From: Myxococcota bacterium
GTDB taxonomy: Bacteria > Myxococcota_A > UBA9160 > UBA6930
Direction: 5' to 3'
NCBI GenBank assembly: GCA_030065975.1
Contig: JASJCN010000010.1
Span: forward strand, 1 to 63,196
Length of the DNA: 63,196 bases
The position numbers were made by a program, and so were the translations under genes. Numbering within the stretch: the first letter of the stretch is position 1; the number at the start of each line of letters is the position of its first letter. A model generated the notes under the pieces. It worked only from the letters and a program-made list of their open reading frames with translations, was not told where the DNA came from and ran no database searches. Positions 44,290 through 53,496 of the stretch are shown here, piece by piece.

Positions 44290-46416
44290 GTGAGTGAATC
44301 CGAACGACTCCAGCCCGGAGTGCTGGTGGCCTCGGAGGATGCCGAGCTGCGGGCGCAGATGCGTTCGGAGCTGGGAGCCCGTGGTCACGAGGTCGCCGAG
44401 GTCGCCGACGCCGAAGCCGCGCGGTCGGCCTACCAGGCCGATCGGCACGGGCTCGTGATCGTGGACGCCGACCTCCCCCATGGCGGTGCGTACGCACTCT
44501 GCCGCGATCTGCGCGAGGCGGCGGGCAAGGGCACCCAACCGCTCTTCCTGCTCCACGACGCGCGGGATCGCGAGGCGCCGTCGGCCGCCTACGAGGCGGG
44601 CGCGAGCGACGTGCTGACCAAGCCCATCGACTGGGAGCGCCTCTTCGACCGGCTGCCCTTCCTGGCGCGCCGGGTCCACGGCGTGGCCGAGCTGCGCCGC
44701 GAGCTCACCAGCCTGAAGAACGCCCAGCGCCTCGCCGGGCTCGGAAACTTCGAGCTGCACTACGCCACGCGCAGCATGCGCTGGTCGGACGAGGTCTACC
44801 GGATCCTGGGTCTCTCGCCCGAGGAGACGGCGGCGGACGCCAAGCGCTGGTGGAGCCACGTGCACCCCGCCGATCGCGACCGGGTGCAGCAGGGGGTTCG
44901 CGAGGCGCTCGAGGACGAGGGCAGCTACGTGATCGAGCATCGGGTGGTGACGCCCGACGGTCGCGTCCGCCACGTGCGCCAGCAGGCCGAGCTCGTGATC
45001 GGTGGGCGGACCGAGGATCGCTGGCTGGTGGGCACCCTGCAGGACGTCACCGAGCAGAAGCTCGCGAGCCACCAGATCTGGTACCTGGCCAACTTCGACC
45101 ACCTGACCGGGCTCGCCAATCGGCGTCAGTTCCACCACGAGTTCGAGGAGGCGATCGCCCGGGCCCGGCGCTCCGGCCGACGGGTGGGCCTGCTCTACCT
45201 CGACCTCGACGACTTCAAGCGGGTCAACGACTCGATCGGCCACTCGGCCGGGGATCGCCTGCTGCGCCACGTGGGCGACCTGCTGCGCGGCCGCGTGCGC
45301 GCCTCGGACCTGGTGGCGCGCCCGGTCGAGGACGAGGCCCCGCTCACCATCTCGCGCCTCGGCGGCGACGAGTTCACCGTGCTGCTCACCGACATGGAGT
45401 CCCAGCACGAGCCCGCCGAGGTGGCCGAGCGCATCCTGGGCGCGCTCCAGAGCCCGATCCCGATCGAGGGCCAGGACGTCGCCGCCCTCGGCAGCATCGG
45501 CATCGCCGTCTTCCCGGACGACGGCAACGACGTCGAGACGCTGATGAAGTCGGCCGACACCGCGATGTACCACGCCAAGGAGAAGGGCCGGAACCGCTTC
45601 GAGTTCTTCCGCCCCTCCATGACCGAGGCGCTGGTGCGACGCCTCGAGCTCGAGCGACGCCTGCGGACCGCCATCGAGAGCGGCGGCATGAGCGTGCACT
45701 TCCAGGCGAAGATCGACCTGCGCACCCAGCGGGTGTGCGGCGCCGAGGCGCTCCTGCGCTGGCAGGACGAGAACCTCGGAGTCGTCTCGCCCGGCGAGAT
45801 CATTCCGGTTGCCGAGGAGACGGGCCTGATCGTCGCCCTCGGCCAGCGCGTGCTCGAGGAGGCCACGTCGGCCGCGGCGCGCTGGGCCCAGGAGGGCCAC
45901 GTGGGAATCCCCGTGGCCGTGAACTTCTCGCCCCTGCAGCTGTGTCGCGAGGATGCCGGAGAGGGCGTGACGGCCGCCCTGCAGACCACCGGGCTCGCGC
46001 CCTCGAGCCTCGAGATCGAGATCACCGAGAGCGTGCTGATGCAGGACGACGACCGCGTGGCCACGATGCTCCGGGACCTTCGGGCGATGGGCATCCGCGT
46101 GGCCCTCGACGACTTCGGCACCGGCTACTCCTCGCTCAGCTATCTCACGCGCTTCCCCCTCGACGTGCTCAAGCTCGACCGCTGCTTCACCCGGGACGTC
46201 GACACGGATCCCGCCGGCGAGGGCGTGGTGCGCGCCGTCGTCGGCATCGCCCACAGCCTCGGGCTCTCGGTCGTCGCCGAGGGCATCGACTCCGAGGATC
46301 AGGCGCGGGTGCTGCGCCGTCTCGGCTGCGAGGAGGGCCAGGGCTTCCACTTCAGCCCGGCCCTTCCCTACGACGAGTTCCTGGCCTTCCTGCAGTCGCG
46401 GGAGTCCCTGGAGTAG
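44290..46416 (+). CDS. REC-PAS-GGDEF-EAL diguanylate cyclase/phosphodiesterase
   Basis: Receiver (TKP), PAS (WSDE..VHPADR), DLDDFK.VND, GGDEF, EALLRW and DDFGTGYSSL motifs. Confidence 0.92.
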   Translation: MSESERLQPGVLVASEDAELRAQMRSELGARGHEVAEVADAEAARSAYQADRHGLVIVDADLPHGGAYALCRDLREAAGKGTQPLFLLHDARDREAPSAAYEAGASDVLTKPIDWERLFDRLPFLARRVHGVAELRRELTSLKNAQRLAGLGNFELHYATRSMRWSDEVYRILGLSPEETAADAKRWWSHVHPADRDRVQQGVREALEDEGSYVIEHRVVTPDGRVRHVRQQAELVIGGRTEDRWLVGTLQDVTEQKLASHQIWYLANFDHLTGLANRRQFHHEFEEAIARARRSGRRVGLLYLDLDDFKRVNDSIGHSAGDRLLRHVGDLLRGRVRASDLVARPVEDEAPLTISRLGGDEFTVLLTDMESQHEPAEVAERILGALQSPIPIEGQDVAALGSIGIAVFPDDGNDVETLMKSADTAMYHAKEKGRNRFEFFRPSMTEALVRRLELERRLRTAIESGGMSVHFQAKIDLRTQRVCGAEALLRWQDENLGVVSPGEIIPVAEETGLIVALGQRVLEEATSAAARWAQEGHVGIPVAVNFSPLQLCREDAGEGVTAALQTTGLAPSSLEIEITESVLMQDDDRVATMLRDLRAMGIRVALDDFGTGYSSLSYLTRFPLDVLKLDRCFTRDVDTDPAGEGVVRAVVGIAHSLGLSVVAEGIDSEDQARVLRRLGCEEGQGFHFSPALPYDEFLAFLQSRESLE

Positions 46417-46476
46417 GACCGGCGGCTCTGCGCGCCTTCATGGTCGCGACGGAGGGCCTCTGCTAACCCCGCCCCC

Positions 46477-47592
46477 ATGCCGCAGGGGATGCAGGAGGCG
46501 CAGGGGACGCAGGAGAGCCTGTCGGAGAGCGTCGGGCGCGTGGCCCAGGGCTTCGAGTTCTCGGACTTCCGGGCCCGGGTGACGCTCGACGACGTGCCCG
46601 AGGTGCCGGGCATGATCGCCCAGCCGACCCAGGCCTACTACAAGTGGCTCACCTCCGAGTCGCTTGCGGGCCGCGGTGCCGTGGTGGAGATCGGGACCTT
46701 CCTCGGGCGCTCGACGGTCCACCTCGCAGCCGGGCTGCGCCTGCGTCGGGACGAGCCCGTCCTGCACTGCTTCGATCGCTTCGTGTGGCGACCCGAGCAC
46801 GCCGACACGGTGGCGCTCCCTCTCCAGGCCGGGGAGAGCTTCGAGGCGATCTTCCTCGACAACGTCCGCGCCGTGTACCCCAACGTTCGCACCCACGCCG
46901 GCGAGATCCGCGACATCGCCTGGTCCGGCGAACCGATCGAGCTGCTCGTCCTCGATGCGCCCAAGCAGCTGCCGGATCTCTCGACGGTTCTCTCGGTGTT
47001 CGGGCCGTCGCTGCTCGAGGGCGGCCGCATCGTGCTCGAGGACTTCCTCTACTTCCCCGCCTATCCGATCGCGTGCGTCCTCTCGCGGCTCGGCGACGTG
47101 CTCGCCTACGAGCACGTGGTCGATCGCAGCCACACCGTGGCGCTTCGGGTGGAGGCGCCGCTCGCGTGCGGTGACGCCCAGCCCCTCGACTGGGATCCGT
47201 CGCGCTGGAGCCCGGCGGAGGTGCGCGCGCGCTGGGACGCGATCCTCGAGCCGCTGCCGGAGCCGGCGCGGCGGCGCCTCGCGCCCGGACGCTGGCTCCA
47301 CCTGCACGATCTCGGTGCCGTCGACGAGGCCTGCGCCGGCGTGCGCGGCCTCGACCTGAATCGCGACGAGCAGGCGCTCTGGGAACGACTGGCCCAGACC
47401 CACCTGCACGATCGCTATGCGCCGCTCTTCGCCGCGCTCGGTCTGCGCCGGCGCTTCGACCCGCGCCGCCCGAAGGACCGCACCCGCGCGCGCCGGGAGC
47501 TTCGCCGCGCCTGGCGGCGCGCCTACCTCGGGAGCCGCCGCTTCGGCCGCCGCATGCTGGATGCGATCCAGCCCGGGAGCCAGGGCAGCTAG
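46477..47592 (+). CDS. Class I SAM-dependent methyltransferase
   Basis: VVEIGTFLGRST, CFDRF, LLVLDAPK and GGRIVLEDF motifs. Confidence 0.75.
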   Translation: MPQGMQEAQGTQESLSESVGRVAQGFEFSDFRARVTLDDVPEVPGMIAQPTQAYYKWLTSESLAGRGAVVEIGTFLGRSTVHLAAGLRLRRDEPVLHCFDRFVWRPEHADTVALPLQAGESFEAIFLDNVRAVYPNVRTHAGEIRDIAWSGEPIELLVLDAPKQLPDLSTVLSVFGPSLLEGGRIVLEDFLYFPAYPIACVLSRLGDVLAYEHVVDRSHTVALRVEAPLACGDAQPLDWDPSRWSPAEVRARWDAILEPLPEPARRRLAPGRWLHLHDLGAVDEACAGVRGLDLNRDEQALWERLAQTHLHDRYAPLFAALGLRRRFDPRRPKDRTRARRELRRAWRRAYLGSRRFGRRMLDAIQPGSQGS

Positions 47593-48908
47593 GAGCCGGA
47601 GCCCCCCTGCGGCGGGTCCTCGACCCGGAGCTCCAGATCCTTCTCCTGCTGCGCGCGACGGGCCTCGACGTCGGCCCAGGCCTCGAGCTCCGCGGTGCGC
47701 TGGCGGAGCGCCTCGAGCAGCGCCGCCTCCCCCTCGCCGGGCGGATCGCCCGCCGAGCCGACGGAGGGGCTCGAGCCTTCCTTCGAGTCCCTCTTCACGC
47801 CCGGCTGGTAGGAGATCTCCCGCTCGATCCGATGGGATCCGCCGTCCGCGTCGCGCGCCTCGAAGACGAGGCGGTTCCGGCCGGGAGCCAGGGAGACGAA
47901 GCCGTCGAAGGAGCCGTCCGGGAACGCGCGCAGGGCCCGCGCCTCTTCGCCCGTGGTCTGGTTGGAGACCGCGAGGTCGGCGAGTCCGACCAGGTCGAGA
48001 TGGCGGAGGCGCGAGACCACCCGTGCCGGGCTCTTGACCGATTCGACCCGGCCCGCGGTCCAGGTCGTCATGTTCTCCATCACCGCGATGCCGGCCTCGG
48101 CCTCGGGACCGATGGCGAAGGCGAAGAGCCGGATTCCGTCGTAGCCGGCGTCGATGGCGGCGCGCACGGCATAGCGCTCGGCGCGGTCGCCGTGGACGGG
48201 GCGCGTGGGCGCACCGTCGGTCAGGAACACGATGGAGCGCAGGCGATCGGCGGGCGCGCCGTCGGCTGCCACCAGCATGTCGTGTGCGCGGGAGACGGCC
48301 GCGCCGAAGTGCGTTCCCACCTGGCTCGAGTGGAAGTCGTAGAGGATGGTGTCGAGGGCGCGGTCGAGCTCCTCGCGGGAGCTTCCGATGGGCGCCAGCT
48401 CCCGCGCGTCGTCGGCGAATGTCACGATCCCGACCCGGAAGCGGCCCGGGTCGAGCCGGGCTACCAGGGCGCGCGCCGCCTCGATCTCGGCGGCCAGGAC
48501 CGTGTCGTCGAAGTCGTGGCGGCGCAGCTTGCGCAGCACCCGGGACGACACGCCTTCGGCCTCGAGCTCGAGGATCAGGGTCGGCCGGGTGCGCGCCCCG
48601 GCGCCGTCCCCGTCGAGATCGATGCCCGAGTCCTCGAGGGTGCTCCCGGACACGTCGAGCACGATCACCAGGTCGTGGCCGGCACCTCGGCGTCGCCCCC
48701 CGTGTCCCAGCACCTCGTAGAGCGGGGAGTCGACGGGCGCCGCGCCGGGCTTCGGGGCGTCCACCTCGAGCCAGGGCACCTCTTCGCCCGGGGCCGGAGA
48801 GGGGACCGGGGGTTCCGGAAGCTCCGAGGCCCACGGGCCGATCGCCCCGAGGAGCAGGACCAGGCCGAGCAGCCCGAGGGGCGCGGCGATCGAGGCGGGG
48901 CGCGTCAC
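47589..48908 (-). CDS. Secreted VWA-domain protein (paralog 2)
   Basis: Signal peptide, MIDAS DVSGS, FLTDG; DLDGDG insert; colinear with 40835-42067. Confidence 0.8.
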   Translation of the reverse strand: MTRPASIAAPLGLLGLVLLLGAIGPWASELPEPPVPSPAPGEEVPWLEVDAPKPGAAPVDSPLYEVLGHGGRRRGAGHDLVIVLDVSGSTLEDSGIDLDGDGAGARTRPTLILELEAEGVSSRVLRKLRRHDFDDTVLAAEIEAARALVARLDPGRFRVGIVTFADDARELAPIGSSREELDRALDTILYDFHSSQVGTHFGAAVSRAHDMLVAADGAPADRLRSIVFLTDGAPTRPVHGDRAERYAVRAAIDAGYDGIRLFAFAIGPEAEAGIAVMENMTTWTAGRVESVKSPARVVSRLRHLDLVGLADLAVSNQTTGEEARALRAFPDGSFDGFVSLAPGRNRLVFEARDADGGSHRIEREISYQPGVKRDSKEGSSPSVGSAGDPPGEGEAALLEALRQRTAELEAWADVEARRAQQEKDLELRVEDPPQGGSGS

Positions 48909-49022
48909 GACGGGGCAGTATCGCGATCGCACCCCACCGGCGCCCGTTGCACGCCCCACTCCGTCCCGCGCACTTCGTCCCCGCGGGTTGGGTAGACTCG
49001 CGCCTCATCCAATGGAGCCCGC

Positions 49023-49814
49023 GTGAGGCGCGACTTCCCTTCGTCTGGTGCACCCCTGGGTCGGACCTCTGCGCGGGTCCCGCGCCGGGTGTGGGTGCGT
49101 CTGCTGGGGACGCTGTGCCTGGCCGGGGCCCTGGCCCACGGCTCTCCGAGCGGGGCAGAGACCCGAGACGCCGAGAGCGTGGGCACCGGTGAGCTGCGCG
49201 GCAGCGTGCGCATCCTGAAGAAGCGCCTCTTCGGCGGCGTGCGCCCGGCACGCACGCACGGCGACGTGTTGCTCAGCGTGCGCGGGTTCGGCGCGGCGCC
49301 ACCCGAGGCGCTCGCCGAGCTGCGCCAGCGGAACAAGCGCTTCGAGCCCCGCGTCCTTCCGGTGGTGGTGGGGCAGCGCGTGCGCTTTCCCAACGACGAC
49401 GACATCTACCACAACGTGTTCTCGGTCTCGCCCCACGCGCGCTTCGATCTCGGCCACTACAAGGGGAGCGACCCACCTGGAGAGGTCGCGTTCGACGCGC
49501 CCGGCATCGTTCCGATCTACTGCAACATCCACCCCGAGATGCTCGCCTACGTGGTCGTGCTCGAGAACGCGGCCTTCACCTTCAGCGACGGCGAGGGCGG
49601 CTTCCGACTCGAGGGCCTGCCCGCGGGCTCGTTGCAGCTGGACGCCTGGATTCCCGGCGCCGAGATGGTGAGCCTCCCCATCGAGATCATCGAAGGCGCC
49701 GTGACCGAGGTCGAGCTCGAGGTGGAGCAGGTGCAGAAGATCCCGGCCCACCGCCGCAAGGACGGCAGCCACTACCCGCCGCCCGACGACGATTTCTACG
49801 ACGAGGAAGGCTAG
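49023..49814 (+). CDS. Secreted cupredoxin-like protein with C-terminal beta-sandwich
   Basis: FPNDDDIYHNVFS and YCNIHPEM (His/Cys/His/Met type-1 copper pattern). Confidence 0.78.
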   Translation: MRRDFPSSGAPLGRTSARVPRRVWVRLLGTLCLAGALAHGSPSGAETRDAESVGTGELRGSVRILKKRLFGGVRPARTHGDVLLSVRGFGAAPPEALAELRQRNKRFEPRVLPVVVGQRVRFPNDDDIYHNVFSVSPHARFDLGHYKGSDPPGEVAFDAPGIVPIYCNIHPEMLAYVVVLENAAFTFSDGEGGFRLEGLPAGSLQLDAWIPGAEMVSLPIEIIEGAVTEVELEVEQVQKIPAHRRKDGSHYPPPDDDFYDEEG

Positions 49815-51824
49815 ATGGCCGTGCGCCCGCGCTCGTTCCGCACGCGGCTGAGCCTGGTGATGCTCGCGCTGCTCTTCGTGGCGCTGGGGCTCGTGATGGG
49901 GCTCGTGCAGGACGTGACCGCACGGCGTGTGGAGAGCGAGTTCGCCGCGCGCTTCGACCGGGCGGTGGCGGCGCTGCGCCAGGTCCAGGCGCTGACCGGC
50001 GAGCTGGTGGAGCGCGAGCTGGTCTCCCTGTGCTCGGGCAACCCGCGCTTCCGCACGGTGCTCGCGACGGCGTCGCTCCCGGGGACCAACCATCCCGAAG
50101 CGCTCGAGGAAGCGAACCTGTGGGTCCGCTCGCTGCTTCCCACCCTTCCCCTGGCGGCCGAGAGCGACGTCTTCATCGTCTCCGACGCGGCCGGCGAGCT
50201 GGTCTTCACGAAGACCGACGCCCGGCGCGTCGGCGACGACCTGACCGCCCTCCCGGTGCTGCGCGAGGCCGCCGAGCGGGGCCGCGCCTCGGGCGTCTGG
50301 GTGGCGGGGACGCCGCTTCCGGCCGGCCTCTCCTCCGCGCTCTTCCCCGATGCCGTGGGCGTGGTGCAGGTCTGGGTCGAGGCGGTCGCCTACGACGGCG
50401 AGATCCAGGGCTTCGTGATCGCGGGCGAACGGCTGGACGACGCGCTGCTCGGGCGACTGCGAGAGCTCTCGGGCCTGGATCTCGCCCTGGTCGGGGGCGG
50501 GCGGCTGCACGCTTCGACGCTGGTGGTGCGGGTGCAGGACGACCTGCGGGCGCGTGCGGCCGGCACCCCCGCTGAGCGGGGCGCGGATCGTCGGGAGTGG
50601 CTCGGCGGACAGCGCTTCGTCGTGCAGTCGGCCGAGGCCGTGCCCGGAGCCGGCGAAGAGGCGGTGGCCCTGCTGGTGCTGCAGAACCTGGACGCGGAGC
50701 TCGCCTTCCTCGGCTCGTTGCGTCGCACGGCTCTCGCTCTGGGCCTGGGCGTCGGTCTGGTCGCACTGCTGGTGGCCCTGGGCGTCGCGGGCGGCGTGAC
50801 GCGTCCCGTCTCGGAGCTGGCTTCCGCTGCGCGCCGGCTGGGAGCCGGCGAGCTCTCGGCCCGCGTCCGGGTCACGACGGGCGACGAGCTCGAAGACCTG
50901 GGCGACGCCTTCAACGAGATGGCCGAGGGCCTCGAGGAGCGTGAGCGGATCCGCCGCACCTTCGAGCGCTACGTCACGCCCGGCGTCGCGCGCCAGGTGC
51001 TCGAGCGGGAGGAGAGCGGCGGGCCGGCCGCCGACCGGCGCGACATCACCGTCGTGTTCTTCGACCTGGCCGGGTACACCAGCATGGCCGAGCGGCTCGA
51101 GCCCGAGCAGACCCTCGACCGCCTGAACCAGTACTTCGAGATCGTGCACGAGGCGGTCGCAGCCGAGCAGGGGACCGTCAACCAGTTCTTCGGAGACGGG
51201 GTGCTGGCCTTCTGGGGAGCCCCCGAGGCCATGCCCGACCACGCGCTGCGCGCCTGTCGGGCCGCCTCCTCGGCGCTCGAGAGCCTGGCCGCGCGCTCGC
51301 CCGAGTGGGAGCGTCAGGGGCTGCCGCCGATCCGCTGTCGTATCGGCATCCACACCGGAGAGTGTCTGGTGGGCGAGCTCGGCGCGGCGGAGCGCCGCGC
51401 CTACGGGGCCGTCGGTGACGCCATGAATCTCGCCAGCCGGCTCGAGGGGGCGAACAAGATCTACGGGACGTGCATCCTGGCTTCGGAGACCACGGTGCAG
51501 GCGGCCGGCCCGGAGCTCTTCGTCCGAGAGCTCGACTGGCTGCGCGTCGTGGGGCGGCGCGGCCGGGTGACGCTCTACGAGGTGCTGCCCGCCCTCGACG
51601 GCGCCTCTGCCTCGCGTCGCAAGCAGGTCCACATCCTCTACGAGCGCGGGCTCTCCGCCTGGCGGGCCCGTGACTTCGCCACCGCCCGCGAGGCCTTCCA
51701 GCAGGCCGTGGCCCTCGATCCCGAGGACGGCCCCTCGCGGACCTTCCTGCGCCGCTTCGACGATCTGCCCGAGAACCGGCTGCCCGAGGACTGGTCGCCC
51801 GTGCACGAGGCCGCCGAGAAATAG
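49815..51824 (+). CDS. Membrane class III nucleotidyl cyclase (2 TM, periplasmic sensor, HAMP, cyclase, TPR tail)
   Basis: HAMP DELEDLGDAFNEM; FFDLAGYT, GDG, RIGIHTG and GDAMNLASRLEG motifs. Confidence 0.88.
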   Translation: MAVRPRSFRTRLSLVMLALLFVALGLVMGLVQDVTARRVESEFAARFDRAVAALRQVQALTGELVERELVSLCSGNPRFRTVLATASLPGTNHPEALEEANLWVRSLLPTLPLAAESDVFIVSDAAGELVFTKTDARRVGDDLTALPVLREAAERGRASGVWVAGTPLPAGLSSALFPDAVGVVQVWVEAVAYDGEIQGFVIAGERLDDALLGRLRELSGLDLALVGGGRLHASTLVVRVQDDLRARAAGTPAERGADRREWLGGQRFVVQSAEAVPGAGEEAVALLVLQNLDAELAFLGSLRRTALALGLGVGLVALLVALGVAGGVTRPVSELASAARRLGAGELSARVRVTTGDELEDLGDAFNEMAEGLEERERIRRTFERYVTPGVARQVLEREESGGPAADRRDITVVFFDLAGYTSMAERLEPEQTLDRLNQYFEIVHEAVAAEQGTVNQFFGDGVLAFWGAPEAMPDHALRACRAASSALESLAARSPEWERQGLPPIRCRIGIHTGECLVGELGAAERRAYGAVGDAMNLASRLEGANKIYGTCILASETTVQAAGPELFVRELDWLRVVGRRGRVTLYEVLPALDGASASRRKQVHILYERGLSAWRARDFATAREAFQQAVALDPEDGPSRTFLRRFDDLPENRLPEDWSPVHEAAEK

Positions 51825-51921
51825 GCAGGCCGCCGAGAAATAGGCAGGCTGCCGAGAAATAGGCAGGCCGCCGAAGAACAGGCAGGCTGCCGAGGAGTAG
51901 GCGGGCCGCCGGGAAGTAGGC
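51808..51921. repeat. 19-bp tandem repeat x6, progressively degenerate (AGGCCGCCGAGAAATAGGC)
   Basis: The first copy contains the cyclase stop codon. There are no spacers. Confidence 0.85.
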
Positions 51922-51950
51922 GTCGGCGCGGGCACGGCTATTCTAGAGCG

Positions 51951-53489
51951 ATGCGTCTCTCCTCCCGTCTCGCCGACCTCGTCCTCTCGGACGACCGGGG
52001 CGAGGACGTGCGTCTCGGCGACCTGTGGCGCGAGCGGGCCGCGGTGCTCGTCTTCGTTCGCCACTTCGGCTGACTCTTCTGCCGCGAGCAGGTCGCCCAG
52101 TTGGGCGACGCACAGGACGAGATCGAGGCCGCCGGAGGCGACCTCGTGGTGATCGGGAACGGCGCCGCGCACTTCGCGAAGGCCTTCCGAGAGGACCTCG
52201 ACTTCCGCGGGACGCTGCTGGTCGACCCCGAGCTACGCGCCTATCGCGTGGCGGGTCTGCGACGCGGTCGGGTCGAGGTCCTGTCGCCGCGGCTCGGCTG
52301 GAACGCCCTGCGAGCCCTGGGCAAGGGACACCGGCAGGGCGCGATCGAGGGCGACCCGTGGCAGCTCGGGGGGGCCCTGGTGATCCGGCCGGGCGGCGAC
52401 CTCGCCTTCCGGCACGTGAGCACCGTGGCCGGGGATCACGCCGACCCCGAGGAGCTGATCGCCGCACTCGAGCCCGGCCTCGTGCCGTTGCCGGAGGGGG
52501 AGGGCGGGAGCGCTCTCGCCAGCGTGGCCCGGCCCCTCGGTCGCCTGGTCGATCCCCTGGTCCCGCTGTCCTTCTCGCGGCCCGGCTACGCGATCCGCGC
52601 GGCAGGCTTCGACCCCGACGATCTCGTCGTCGACCTGGGGGAGCAGCGCTGGCTCGTGACCGGCGCGAACTCCGGGATCGGCTTCGAGACGGCTCTGGCC
52701 CTCGCCGACCTCGGTGCCGAGGTCGAGCTCCTGTGCCGCAACCCCGAGCGCGGCGCCGAGGCCGCCGAGCGGATCGCGGACTCCACGGGAAACCGCCGGG
52801 TCCGGGCCCACGTGCTCGACGTCTCGAGCCTCGCCGACGTGGCCCAGGTCGCCGAGCAGCTGATCGATCGACCCGTCGACGGGATCGTCCACAACGCCGG
52901 GGTGCTTCCCGACGATCTGATCGAGAGTGCGGACGGCCTCGAGCTGACCTGGGCGACCCACGTAGCGGGCCCCCATCTGCTGACGCGGCTGCTGCGCCCC
53001 GCGCTCGAGGCGGCGCCGGCCGCGCGCGTGATCTTCGTCTCTTCCGGCGGGATGTACACCCGCGGCCTCGAGACCCGCGACCCCGACTGGCAGCGACGCC
53101 GCTACGACGGCGTGCTGGCCTACGCCGAGACCAAGCGCGCCCAGGTGGTGCTCGCGGAGCTCTGGGCGGAGGCGTTCGCCGAGACCGGGGTCACGTGCAA
53201 CTCCATGCATCCGGGCTGGGCGGAGACCCCGAGCGTCGAGAGCTCGCTGCCCCGCTTCCATCGCGTGACGAAGCCCTTCCTGCGGACACCGGCGGAAGGC
53301 GCCGACACGGTGGTGTGGCTCGCGGCAAGCCCGGCGGCGGCCGGGGAGACCGGCCGCTTCTTCTTCGACCGCCGGGCGGTCGGGACCCACTGGCTGCTCG
53401 GCACCCGCGAGAGCGCGAGCGAGCGGGCCTGGCTCTGGGAGCGCTGCGAGAAGCTCGCCGCGCCTTTCGTGGTGGTCCCCTCGGACTGA
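51951..53489 (+). CDS. Selenoprotein fusion: PRXL2/SelU-like (AhpC-TSA_2) UxxC domain plus DHRS12-like SDR, 512 aa
   Basis: ATG 51951 reads ...VFVRHFG-TGA(52071-73)-LFCRE in frame into WQLGGALVI; then TGANSGIG, HNAG, SSGGMY, YAETK and MHPGWAETP. Confidence 0.85.
52092..52109 (+). promoter_or_regulatory. Candidate bacterial SECIS
   Basis: GUCGCCC-AGUU-GGGCGAC stem starting at +19 after the UGA. Confidence 0.7.
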
Positions 53490-53496
53490 GGCCCGG

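Noticed and set aside
51808-51921. CRISPR-like array
   Set aside because: The units are contiguous with no unique spacers, and no cas genes are present.
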